Shown: piece after piece, positions 42,725-51,587 of the stretch | Position numbering within the stretch: the stretch's first letter is position 1 | Layout of the letters: the number at the start of each line of letters is the position of its first letter | NCBI GenBank assembly: GCA_003136935.1 | Contig: PLEC01000130.1 | Span: 41,050 to 99,387, forward strand | DNA: 58,338 nt | Reading direction: 5' to 3' | Source of the DNA: Gammaproteobacteria bacterium | GTDB taxonomy: Bacteria; Pseudomonadota; Gammaproteobacteria; Steroidobacterales; Steroidobacteraceae | The notes under the pieces: model-generated | Databases searched by the model: none | Seen by the model: only the letters and a program-made list of their open reading frames with translations | Told to the model about the DNA's origin: nothing | Translations under genes and position numbers: made by a program

Positions 42725-42788
42725 ACCTGCCTGCCGGCGGCCGGTGACCGCGCACCGCCGGCGGCCCGTGCTACGCGCCGTGATTCCC

Positions 42789-43751
42789 ATGCGTGAAGTT
42801 GTTTTCGTGCTGTTGCCGAACGTGGTGCTGCTGGATGTCGCCGGTCCTGCAGATGCGTTCCGCAACGCGGCGGCGAAGGTTCCGGGAAGCTACCGGCTGC
42901 GTTTTGTGGCGCCAGTCCCGAGCCTGCCGGCAGCGATCGGACTAACCCTGAGCGCGCTCGAGCCGCTGCCGGCGCGTCTGCCGCCGGACGCGATCGTGGT
43001 GCTGACCGGCGTCAGTGGCGCGCGCATCGATCCCGACGAGCCCGCCACCCGCAGTGTCATCGAGTGGCTGCGCGCCGGCGGCACCCAGGGAGCCCTGCTC
43101 CTGTGTGTGTGCGCCGGGAGCGTGCTGGCGGGACACGCGGGTCTGCTCGCGGGGCGCGAATGTACGACTCATCACGCGCACGTCAGTGAACTCGCTGCGG
43201 TGGAGCCGCACGCCCGCGTGTTGGATAACCGGATTTTTGTGGAGGACGGCCCGGTGTTCACCAGCGCCGGAGTGACCGCGGGCCTGGACCTCACCCTGCA
43301 CATCATCGGCGCGCAGCTGGGTGCGCGCGTCGCCGCGGAGGTGGCGCGCGATCTGGTGGTGTACCTGCGTCGCGCCGGCACGGACGCCGCGCTTTCGCCC
43401 TGGGTGATGCACCGTAACCATCTGCACCCGGCGGTGCATCGGGTGCAGGATGCGGTGGCGCGCGATCCGGCCGCGGCCTGGAGCTCGGGCGAGCTGTCGG
43501 CGGTCGCCGGCACCAGCGCGCGCAATCTCGCGCGCCTGTTTGCGGAGCATGCGCACTGCTCACCGCTCGACTACGTGCAACTCATTCGCTGCGCGCTGGC
43601 GCGGCAGCTCGTGACCGGCAGCCGCCTCGACCTGGAACGGGTGGCCGCGCGCGCGGGTTTTCGCTCCGCGGCGCATCTGCGGCGGGTGTGGTCACGCTGG
43701 GAAGCGCGCCCGCCGAGTGCCGTGCGGCTGGCGCAGCAGCGCCACAATTGA
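42789..43751 (+). CDS. GlxA-family transcriptional regulator (DJ-1/PfpI domain plus AraC HTH)
   Basis: N-terminal DJ-1/PfpI-like domain (VVFVLLPNVVLLDVAGP…LLCVCAGSVLAGHAGLL). C-terminal AraC-type HTH (ARNLARLFAEHAHCSPLDYVQLIR…GFRSAAHLRRVW). Confidence 0.85.
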   Translation: MREVVFVLLPNVVLLDVAGPADAFRNAAAKVPGSYRLRFVAPVPSLPAAIGLTLSALEPLPARLPPDAIVVLTGVSGARIDPDEPATRSVIEWLRAGGTQGALLLCVCAGSVLAGHAGLLAGRECTTHHAHVSELAAVEPHARVLDNRIFVEDGPVFTSAGVTAGLDLTLHIIGAQLGARVAAEVARDLVVYLRRAGTDAALSPWVMHRNHLHPAVHRVQDAVARDPAAAWSSGELSAVAGTSARNLARLFAEHAHCSPLDYVQLIRCALARQLVTGSRLDLERVAARAGFRSAAHLRRVWSRWEARPPSAVRLAQQRHN

Positions 43752-43764
43752 TGGCGCCGCCGAC

Positions 43765-44697
43765 TCAGTAGATGGCGATTTCGCGCCGCCCGCCCGAGTC
43801 GCGGGCCCCGCGAAACATGCCTTCGCTGCTGAAATCCATCACCACCTGCCCGTCCTGGCCCACGGCGATGAGGCCGCCGTCGCCGCCCATACCGGCCAGA
43901 ATCTCGTGCAGCATTTCGCGCACCGCCTGCTGCAGCGTCAAGCCGCGGTACTGCACGGCGGCGCAGACGTGGTGGGCCGCCACGGCGCGAATGAAGTACT
44001 CGCCGTGCCCGGTGGCGGACACCGCGCATACACCGTTCTTTGCATAAGTGCCGGCGCCGATGATGGGTGAATCCCCGACCCGCCCGGGGCGCTTGTTGGT
44101 CATGCCGCCGGTGGAGGTGGCGGCGGCGAGGTTGCCGGCACCATCGAGGGCGACCGCACCCACCGTACCTTTGGAGGTGGGCAGAAGCTCCGACATGCGC
44201 TCGCCGCGCTGCTCGGACTCGAGCTGCGCCAACCGCTCGGCGGTGCGGAAGTAGTGGTTGGGAACGAGCGTGAACTGCTCTTCCAGCGCGAATTCCTCGG
44301 CGCCCGCGCCGACCAGCAGCACGTGGCGCGACTTCTCCATCACGCGCCGCGCGAGGTCTATGGGATTTTTCACGTGACGCACGGAGGCGACCGCGCCGGC
44401 GCGCAGCTGCCGACCGTCCATGATGGCGGCATCGAGTTCGGCCGCGCCGTCGCGTGTGAGCGCGGCTCCATGGCCGGCGTTGAACAAGGGATCGTCTTCG
44501 AGGACGCGCACCGCGGCCGCCACGGCATCCAGACTGCTGTCCCCGCCCGCCAGCACCGCATAGCCGCGGTCGAGCGCCGCCGCCAGGCCGGCGCGATAGA
44601 GCTGCTCACGCTCGGCGGACAGCGCGGCGCGCGGCATCGCCCCGGCGCCGCCGTGAATGGCGATGGCGTACATGGGTCTGGTTCCTGCGCTGCTCAT
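43765..44697 (-). CDS. Isoaspartyl peptidase/L-asparaginase (Ntn hydrolase), cytoplasmic paralogue
   Basis: 310 aa. No signal peptide. Autocleavage/nucleophile context GTVGAVALD and STGGMTNKRPGRVGDSPIIGAG. Confidence 0.85.
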   Translation of the reverse strand: MSSAGTRPMYAIAIHGGAGAMPRAALSAEREQLYRAGLAAALDRGYAVLAGGDSSLDAVAAAVRVLEDDPLFNAGHGAALTRDGAAELDAAIMDGRQLRAGAVASVRHVKNPIDLARRVMEKSRHVLLVGAGAEEFALEEQFTLVPNHYFRTAERLAQLESEQRGERMSELLPTSKGTVGAVALDGAGNLAAATSTGGMTNKRPGRVGDSPIIGAGTYAKNGVCAVSATGHGEYFIRAVAAHHVCAAVQYRGLTLQQAVREMLHEILAGMGGDGGLIAVGQDGQVVMDFSSEGMFRGARDSGGRREIAIY

Positions 44698-45701
44698 GGC
44701 GCGTCGCGGAATAGGGCGACTTCCTGCCGGCCGTGGATATCGCGCGAGGCGCGGAACATACCGGAGGTGTTGAAATCCATGACGATGTCGCCGTGTGGAT
44801 CGATCGCGATCACCCCACCCGTGTCGGGCGCCGCGTGCGCCAGCTTCTCATCGATGACCTCGTGCACGGCCTGCGCAAGCGTCAGGTGCCGGTAGTGCAC
44901 CAGCGCGCAGATGTCATAGGCCACCAGCTCGCGCATGAAGTACTCGCCCCAGCCGGTGCCCGAGACGGCGCACGACTCGTTGTTGGCGTAGGTGCCGGCA
45001 CCGATGATGGGCGAGTCCCCCACGCGCCCGACGTGCTTGTTGGTGAGTCCGCCGGTGGAGGTGGCGGCGGCGAGGTTGCCGGCGCGATCGAGTGCCACGG
45101 CGCCCACCGTGCCCTTGGGTAGCGCGTTCGGCGGCGCCGCGGCGCGTTCGCGTGCCGCGCGCTGCACCTCCTGCAGCTCGTGCTCACGCTGCGGGGTGCG
45201 GAAGTATTCCGGTGCCACCAGCACCACGCCCTGTTCCAGTGCGAACTCCTCGGCGCCTTCGGCTACCAGCAGCACGTGCGGGCTCTTATCCATCACCAGG
45301 CGCGCAAGATCGATCGGGTTCTTGACGTGGCGCACGGCGGCCACCGCCCCCGCACGCGGTCCGTTGCCATCCATGATGGCGGCATCGAGTTCCGCATCGC
45401 CGTGCGCGTCGAGCACCGCGCCGCGGCCAGCATTGAATTGCGGATCATCCTCCATGGTGCGCACCGCGGCCGCCACGGCATCCAGGCTGGTGCCGCCGCG
45501 CTCGAGGATCGCGTAGCCGGCGTTGAGCGCCGCCGCAAGTCCCGCGCGGTAGGAGGCTTCACGTTCGGGGGTCATTTTCGCGCGGTCCATGGTGCCGGCG
45601 CCGCCGTGGATGGCGATGGCCAGCGGGTGCGGCTCGGCGGCCAGGGCCGGCATGGCGAGCGATGACCAACACAAAAGCGCGATGATTTTCAGGCGCGACA
45701 T
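44694..45701 (-). CDS. Isoaspartyl peptidase/L-asparaginase (Ntn hydrolase), secreted paralogue
   Basis: Start at MSRLKIIALLCWSSLAMPALAAEP (signal peptide). GTVGAVALD and STGGLTNKHVGRVGDSPIIGAG motifs. Its stop overlaps the start of the downstream paralogue by 4 nt. Confidence 0.85.
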   Translation of the reverse strand: MSRLKIIALLCWSSLAMPALAAEPHPLAIAIHGGAGTMDRAKMTPEREASYRAGLAAALNAGYAILERGGTSLDAVAAAVRTMEDDPQFNAGRGAVLDAHGDAELDAAIMDGNGPRAGAVAAVRHVKNPIDLARLVMDKSPHVLLVAEGAEEFALEQGVVLVAPEYFRTPQREHELQEVQRAARERAAAPPNALPKGTVGAVALDRAGNLAAATSTGGLTNKHVGRVGDSPIIGAGTYANNESCAVSGTGWGEYFMRELVAYDICALVHYRHLTLAQAVHEVIDEKLAHAAPDTGGVIAIDPHGDIVMDFNTSGMFRASRDIHGRQEVALFRDAP

Positions 45702-45798
45702 ACTTTCCCCCCAGCGGCTATGATCGAAGCCAACCCGCACGGGCGCTCAAAAAGCGCCTCGCGGGGCTCTCCAGACAAACCGTGCGGTAAATACTAAG

Positions 45799-48700
45799 GT
45801 GAAACCCGCCAGCTCGCAGCGGATCCGCAGCGTCCTCGTCGCCAACCGCGGCGAAATCTCCATTCGTGTCATGCGGGCGGCGGCCGAGCTGGGCCTGCGC
45901 ACGGTGGCGATCTATTCGCAGGAGGACCGTTTCTCGCTGCACCGGACCAAGGCCGACGAAGCCTACCTCGTGGGCGCCGGCCGTGCGCCCGTCGAGGCCT
46001 ACCTCGACATCGCGGACATCGTGCGCATCGCGCGCGAGGCGCAGGTGGACGCAATCCATCCGGGCTACGGCTTCCTGGCGGAAAACCCCGATTTCGCGCG
46101 CGCCTGCGCCGCGGCCGGCATCCTGTTCGTGGGACCGGAACCCGAGACCATGGGTCTGCTCGGCAACAAGGTCGCGGCGCGCAATCTCGCAGTCAGGGCT
46201 GGCGTTGCGGTCATGCCCGCAACCCCGCCGCTGCCGCGCGAATTTGCGGCCTGTGCCCGGATGGCGGGCGGCATCGGCTACCCGCTGATGCTGAAGGCGA
46301 GCTGGGGCGGGGGCGGGCGCGGCATGCGCGTGATCGAGAGCGAGGCACAGCTCGCGGAGCTGCTGCCGGTAGCGCGCCGCGAAGCACAGGCCGCCTTCGG
46401 CAACGACGAGGTGTACCTGGAGAAGCTGGTGCGCCGCGCGCGCCACGTCGAAGTACAGATTCTCGGCGACCACCACGGCACGCTCGTGCATCTGTACGAA
46501 CGTGACTGCACGGTGCAGCGGCGCAACCAGAAGGTGGTGGAGCGCGCGCCGGCGGTCTTTCTCACGGACGCACAGCGTCAGGACCTGTGCGCGGCGGCGC
46601 TGGCGGTCGGCCGCGCCGCAAACTACCGCAATGCCGGCACGGTGGAGTTTCTGCAGGACGCCGACAGCGGCCATTGCTATTTCATCGAGGTGAACCCGCG
46701 CATCCAGGTCGAGCACACGGTCACCGAAGCGGTCACCGGCATCGACCTGGTGAAGGCGCAGATCCGCATCGCCCAGGGTGAGCGCATCGGCACCGCGGAC
46801 AGCGGCGTGCCGGCGCAGGGCGACATCCGCATCAGCGCCCACGCCCTGCAGTGCCGCATCACCAGCGAGGATCCGGAAAACAACTTCATCCCCGACTACG
46901 GCAAGATCGCCGCCTACAGGAGTCCGGCAGGCTTCGGCATCCGCCTCGACGCCGGCACCGCCTACACCGGCGCCATAATCACGCGCTCCTACGATTCGTT
47001 GCTCGTCAAGGTGACCGCCTGGGCGCCGACGCCGCAGGAGACGATCGCGCGCATGCACCGGGCGCTGTGGGAGTTCCGCATCCGCGGCGTGGTCACCAAC
47101 CTGCGTTTTCTCGATCAGCTCATCACCCATCCGCGCTTTGCGGCCGGCGACTACACCACCCGCTTCATCGACGACACGCCGGAGCTTTTCCGCTGGCCGC
47201 GCAAACGCGATCGCGCCACGCGCATCCTGCAGTTTCTTGGCAACACCATCGTCAACGGCAACTCTGAAACCCGCGGCCGCGCGCGCCCGGCGCATTTCAC
47301 GGCCGCGAAACTGCCGCCGGGTACTTTGCCCGCCGCCGCGCCCGGGACCAGACAGAAACTGGATGAGCTGGGACCCGAGCGCTTCGCAAAATGGATGCTG
47401 GCGCAAGAGCGCGTGCTCATCACCGACACCGCGATGCGCGATGCGCACCAGTCGCTGCTGGCGACGCGGGTGCGCACCATCGACATGGCGGCCATTGCCC
47501 CGTACTACGCGAGCCTCCTGCCGCAACTGTTCTCGGTCGAGTGCTGGGGTGGGGCGACTTTCGATGTGGCCATGCGGTTTCTGCGCGAGGATCCGTGGCA
47601 GCGCCTGGCGCTGCTGCGCGAGCGGATGCCGAACCTGCTGCTGCAGATGCTGCTGCGCTCGGCCAACGCCGTCGGCTACGCCAACTACCCGGACAACGTG
47701 GTGCGTTTCTTCGTGACGCGCGCCGCGGCGGGCGGCGTCGACGTGTTCCGCATTTTCGACTCGCTCAACTGGGTCGAGAACATGCGCGTCGCCATCGACG
47801 CGGTGCTGGCCACCGGCAAGCTGTGCGAGGCGTCGCTGTGTTACACGGGAAACTTAAGTAACCCGCACGAGAAAAAATACACGCTGGACTATTACCTGAA
47901 GCTGGCGCGCGAGTTGAAATCCGCGGGCACACACGTGCTGGGCGTCAAGGACATGGGCGGGCTGTGCCGGCCGCGCGCCGCCTACACGCTGGTGAAGGCC
48001 CTTAAAGAGGAGATCGGCCTGCCGGTGCACTTCCACACCCACGACACCAGCGGCATCGCGGGCGCGAGCGTGCTGGCCGCGGTGGATGCGGGTGCCGATG
48101 CAATCGATGGCGCGATCGATGCGCTGAGCGGGCTCACCTCCCAGCCTAATCTCGGTTCCATCGTCGAGGCTCTGCGTTACGGGCCACGGGATCCGGGCAT
48201 CGATCCGGACCAGCTGCGGAACATCTCTGCATACTGGGAGCAGGTGCGCCGGCACTACGCCGCATTCGAAAGCGACCTGCGCGCCGGGGCCTCCGAGGTG
48301 TACGTGCACGGGATGCCGGGCGGCCAGTACACGAATCTGCGCGGCCAGGCCCGCGCGCTTGGCATCGACGATGCACGCTGGCCCGAAGTGGCGCGCGCCT
48401 ACGCCGAGGTCAACGACATGTTCGGCGACATCATCAAGGTCACGCCTACCTCCAAAGTGGTCGGTGACCTGGCGCTTCTCATGGTCACCGCGGGGTTGAG
48501 CCGTCAGCAGGTGGAGGACCCCAACACCGAAGTCGCGTTTCCGGAGTCGGTGGTGCAGTTCTTTCGTGGCGAGCTCGGCCAGCCCCACGGCGGCTTCCCG
48601 GCGGCGCTGCAGAACAAGGTGCTCAAGGGCGCGCCGCCGCTCACCGTGCGCCCCGGGGCGGCGCTGCCGGCGGTGGACCTGGATGCCGAGCGCCAGCGGA

Positions 48701-49257
48701 TCCAGCAGCAGCTGCCGCGTCCGGTGACCGACGAGGATCTGGCGTCGCATCTGATGTACCCGCGCGTGTGGCAGGACTATGCGCGCGAGCGGGCGCAGTA
48801 CGGCGATCCTGAGATCCTGCCGACGCCGGTGTTTTTCTATGGCATGGAGCCGGGGCAGGAAATCAGCGTCGACCTCGAGCGCGGCAAGACCCTCATTGTT
48901 CGCTATGTTGCAAGCAGCGAGCCGCACGAGGATGGCACGCGCACGGTGTTCTTCGAGTTGAACGGACAGCCGCGCTCGGTGCGGGTACCTGACAGGGCCC
49001 AGGTTGCGCAGCGCCCGCCGGCGCGCAAGGCCGAGGCGGGCAACCCGCGCCATGTGGGCGCACCCATGCCGGGGACCGTGGCCACCGTCACGACGGTCGC
49101 GGGCGCGAAAGTGGCGCGCGGCGATGTTCTGCTGACACTCGAGGCGATGAAAATGCAGACCGCCGTGCGCGCCGAGAGTGAGGGCGAAGTCGCGGAGGTG
49201 CTGGCGAAGCCCGGCCAGACGGTGGACGTGAAGGATCTGCTGGTGGTGCTGCGTTGA
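45799..49257 (+). CDS. pyc: Pyruvate carboxylase (single-chain, biotin-dependent)
   Basis: 1152 aa. Biotin carboxylase N-terminus (VLVANRGEISIRVMRAA). Carboxyltransferase TIM-barrel (FSVECWGGATFDV…HFHTHDTSG). C-terminal biotinyl domain with EAMKMQT. Confidence 0.93.
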   Translation: MKPASSQRIRSVLVANRGEISIRVMRAAAELGLRTVAIYSQEDRFSLHRTKADEAYLVGAGRAPVEAYLDIADIVRIAREAQVDAIHPGYGFLAENPDFARACAAAGILFVGPEPETMGLLGNKVAARNLAVRAGVAVMPATPPLPREFAACARMAGGIGYPLMLKASWGGGGRGMRVIESEAQLAELLPVARREAQAAFGNDEVYLEKLVRRARHVEVQILGDHHGTLVHLYERDCTVQRRNQKVVERAPAVFLTDAQRQDLCAAALAVGRAANYRNAGTVEFLQDADSGHCYFIEVNPRIQVEHTVTEAVTGIDLVKAQIRIAQGERIGTADSGVPAQGDIRISAHALQCRITSEDPENNFIPDYGKIAAYRSPAGFGIRLDAGTAYTGAIITRSYDSLLVKVTAWAPTPQETIARMHRALWEFRIRGVVTNLRFLDQLITHPRFAAGDYTTRFIDDTPELFRWPRKRDRATRILQFLGNTIVNGNSETRGRARPAHFTAAKLPPGTLPAAAPGTRQKLDELGPERFAKWMLAQERVLITDTAMRDAHQSLLATRVRTIDMAAIAPYYASLLPQLFSVECWGGATFDVAMRFLREDPWQRLALLRERMPNLLLQMLLRSANAVGYANYPDNVVRFFVTRAAAGGVDVFRIFDSLNWVENMRVAIDAVLATGKLCEASLCYTGNLSNPHEKKYTLDYYLKLARELKSAGTHVLGVKDMGGLCRPRAAYTLVKALKEEIGLPVHFHTHDTSGIAGASVLAAVDAGADAIDGAIDALSGLTSQPNLGSIVEALRYGPRDPGIDPDQLRNISAYWEQVRRHYAAFESDLRAGASEVYVHGMPGGQYTNLRGQARALGIDDARWPEVARAYAEVNDMFGDIIKVTPTSKVVGDLALLMVTAGLSRQQVEDPNTEVAFPESVVQFFRGELGQPHGGFPAALQNKVLKGAPPLTVRPGAALPAVDLDAERQRIQQQLPRPVTDEDLASHLMYPRVWQDYARERAQYGDPEILPTPVFFYGMEPGQEISVDLERGKTLIVRYVASSEPHEDGTRTVFFELNGQPRSVRVPDRAQVAQRPPARKAEAGNPRHVGAPMPGTVATVTTVAGAKVARGDVLLTLEAMKMQTAVRAESEGEVAEVLAKPGQTVDVKDLLVVLR

Positions 49258-49273
49258 AGGCGTCCGGAGCGAC

Positions 49274-51070
49274 ATGAACACCCACGCAGCCGGTCCCGTC
49301 GTCGCGCTCTTCCTGGTACTCACCGGGCTCCCCGCCTGTCCCGCCTTTGCTGACGGGCCTGCGATCCAGGGTGACTACCTGGGCACCCTCGGACCGCTGC
49401 ATCTTAAGCTGCACCTCACCGCCGCGGCGGACGGGACGCTCGGCGGCACCCTCGACAGTCCCGACCAGGGGGCGGCCGGAATTCCCTGCGCGGATTTTCA
49501 CCTGCAGGGCAACACGCTCAGCTTCGCCGTGCCGGCAGTCCACGGCACCTGGGCTGGCACGGTGGGAGAGGGCGGCGCCACGTTGTCGGGAAGCTGGAAC
49601 CAGGGCACGCCGATGCCCCTCACGTTCACGCGTGATATGTTCGTGGCGGCGAGCAAGCCCTCGCCGGTGGATGGTTTCTGGCTGGGAACGCTGCAGGCTC
49701 CGCGCCAGGCGCTGCGGATTCAGCTCACAGTAAAGCGCGATCGTGCCGGACAGGAATTCTGCACGCTCGATAGTCTGGACCAGGGATCGTACGGCCTCTC
49801 CTGCGCCAACGTTGCCTGGTCCGATAACGACTTGTCGTTCGATATCCCGCAGGTTGAGGGCCACTGGCGCGGCAAACTGTCCCGTGATGGCCTGACACTG
49901 TCCGGCACGTGGACGCAAGGCGCGTCGCTGCCGCTGACATTCCAACGGCAGCCGAAGCCACAGCTGCAACCGCCGCCGCCGAAGATCTCTTTCCAGCCGG
50001 CGATCGCGCCGGTGGATGCGACCGCAATGCAGGCGGTACTCACCCAGGATTTCGCGCAGGCGCTCAAGAGCGGCCCCCTGTCTCCTGCAACCTCCGTGAG
50101 CGTTGTCGTGGGTGTCGTGCGCAACGGCGTGCCCCGCGTCTTTGCGTGGGGCAGCGCCACCGCGGACTCCATATTCGAGATCGGGTCGATCACCAAGACC
50201 TTCACCGGTCTGGTGCTGGCGCAGATGGTGGCGCAGGGCAAGGTGAAACTCGACCAGCCGGTGCGCGAGCTCCTGCCCCCCGGAACGGTTGCCAGGCCGC
50301 AGGGCACCGAGATCACGCTCCTGGATCTGGTGACACAACACTCGGGTCTGCCGCGGTTGCCCGCGAATCTTGAGCCTGTGGACGCGGATAATCCCTACAG
50401 CGACTATCGCCCCTTGAATCTCTACCAGTTCCTCGCGGCCCACGGCGTGGAAAAACCTGTTGACCCGCCATTTCTCTACAGCAATCTGGGAGTGGGGCTC
50501 CTCGGCCAGGCGCTGGCGGATCGCGCCGGCAATACCTATGCGAAGCTCGTGAGCGAGGAGGTCATCGTGCCGCTGCAACTGTCCGACACGGGGGTATCAC
50601 TGTCGGCCGCCCAGCAGGCGCGGTTCATCCAGGGCCATACCTTCGACAACCGGCCGGCACACGCCTGGGATGCAGATGCGCTCGCCGGCGCGGGAGCGCT
50701 GCGCTCGACGGCGGCCGACATGCTCACGTACCTGGAAGCTAACCTGCATCCGGAAGCCTTCGCGGCCCACGGCTCGGGCGCCACGCGCACCCTAGCGGCC
50801 GCCCTCACCCAATCCCATCAGCTGCGCGGGGACGCCGGGGCCAACAAGATTGCCTTTGCCTGGTTCTACAACCCGCAGACGAAGGACTACTGGCACAACG
50901 GCGCCACCGGTGGCTACAGCAGCTTCGCGTTCTTCAATCTCCAGGGTGACTACGCGGGCGTCGTGCTCATGAACCGCACAGTCGGCGCGCAGGAAAGCAT
51001 CGCGGATCTCCTCGGGCAGCACATCAGCCAGCGCTTCGCCGGGCAGCCCGCGATTGCATTCGCGGACTGA
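49274..51070 (+). CDS. Secreted serine hydrolase of the beta-lactamase/DD-peptidase fold with duplicated N-terminal module
   Basis: 598 aa. Signal peptide. Two homologous modules of about 90 aa (aa 33-121 and 133-226). Then a class-C-like domain with SxxK (FEIGSITKTF), YSN (LYSNLG) and a C-terminal HNGATGG motif. Confidence 0.8.
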   Translation: MNTHAAGPVVALFLVLTGLPACPAFADGPAIQGDYLGTLGPLHLKLHLTAAADGTLGGTLDSPDQGAAGIPCADFHLQGNTLSFAVPAVHGTWAGTVGEGGATLSGSWNQGTPMPLTFTRDMFVAASKPSPVDGFWLGTLQAPRQALRIQLTVKRDRAGQEFCTLDSLDQGSYGLSCANVAWSDNDLSFDIPQVEGHWRGKLSRDGLTLSGTWTQGASLPLTFQRQPKPQLQPPPPKISFQPAIAPVDATAMQAVLTQDFAQALKSGPLSPATSVSVVVGVVRNGVPRVFAWGSATADSIFEIGSITKTFTGLVLAQMVAQGKVKLDQPVRELLPPGTVARPQGTEITLLDLVTQHSGLPRLPANLEPVDADNPYSDYRPLNLYQFLAAHGVEKPVDPPFLYSNLGVGLLGQALADRAGNTYAKLVSEEVIVPLQLSDTGVSLSAAQQARFIQGHTFDNRPAHAWDADALAGAGALRSTAADMLTYLEANLHPEAFAAHGSGATRTLAAALTQSHQLRGDAGANKIAFAWFYNPQTKDYWHNGATGGYSSFAFFNLQGDYAGVVLMNRTVGAQESIADLLGQHISQRFAGQPAIAFAD

Positions 51071-51138
51071 GCGCGCGCCGCGGATTCGCTGGTTCTCGAG
51101 CGCGAGCAAACCTGAGTCCCGCTGGTACTGTTGAAGCT

Positions 51139-51587
51139 GTGAGCGAAACACTCAACCTGTCGAGTGATGATCCGGTGGCACCGTTCGAGTTGGCGGGAAG
51201 ACTTGCACGCCTGGCAGCGGTACTGATTGACGCCCTGATCGGCATCATCCCGGGAGTGGCGGCGCTGGCATATTCCGGTGGTCTGGCGCCGGTGCTTAAG
51301 GGTCAGCCACTGACTACCCAGCAAGCGCTGCTTGTAGCTGTGTGGAGCTGGGGCAGCTAACCATCGGCAAGTATTTGCTGCACGTTCGCATTGTCGATCT
51401 GCAAGGCCGGATTGCGCCCTTGTGGCGCGTCATACTCCTGCGCTACCTGCTGATTTCCGTTGTGGCGCAACTCGGAGTGTTGGGCAGTCTGCTGTCCACA
51501 GTGGATTGCCTGTTGATCTTTCAAAAGAGTCGCAGGTGTCTGCACGACATCATTGCTGGCACGCGAGTGATCAAAGCGCGTCCTTGA
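51139..51587 (+). pseudogene. RDD-family membrane protein gene split by a frameshift
   Basis: ORF 51139-51360 carries the N-terminal RDD-type helix (LAGRLARLAAVLIDALIGIIP). The +1-shifted ORF 51342-51587 carries the remainder (GQLTIGKYLLHVRIVD…RRCLHDIIAGTRVI). The two overlap by 19 nt. Confidence 0.6.

Noticed and set aside
45718-47526. 602-aa minus-strand ORF (also 47854-49323 at 489 aa and 49088-50578 at 496 aa) antisense to pyruvate carboxylase and the serine hydrolase.
   Set aside because: These are typical long shadow ORFs of high-GC DNA. Their composition is Arg/Ala/Gly/Pro-dominated, they have no recognisable motifs, and they are fully overlapped by plus-strand genes with unmistakable family signatures.
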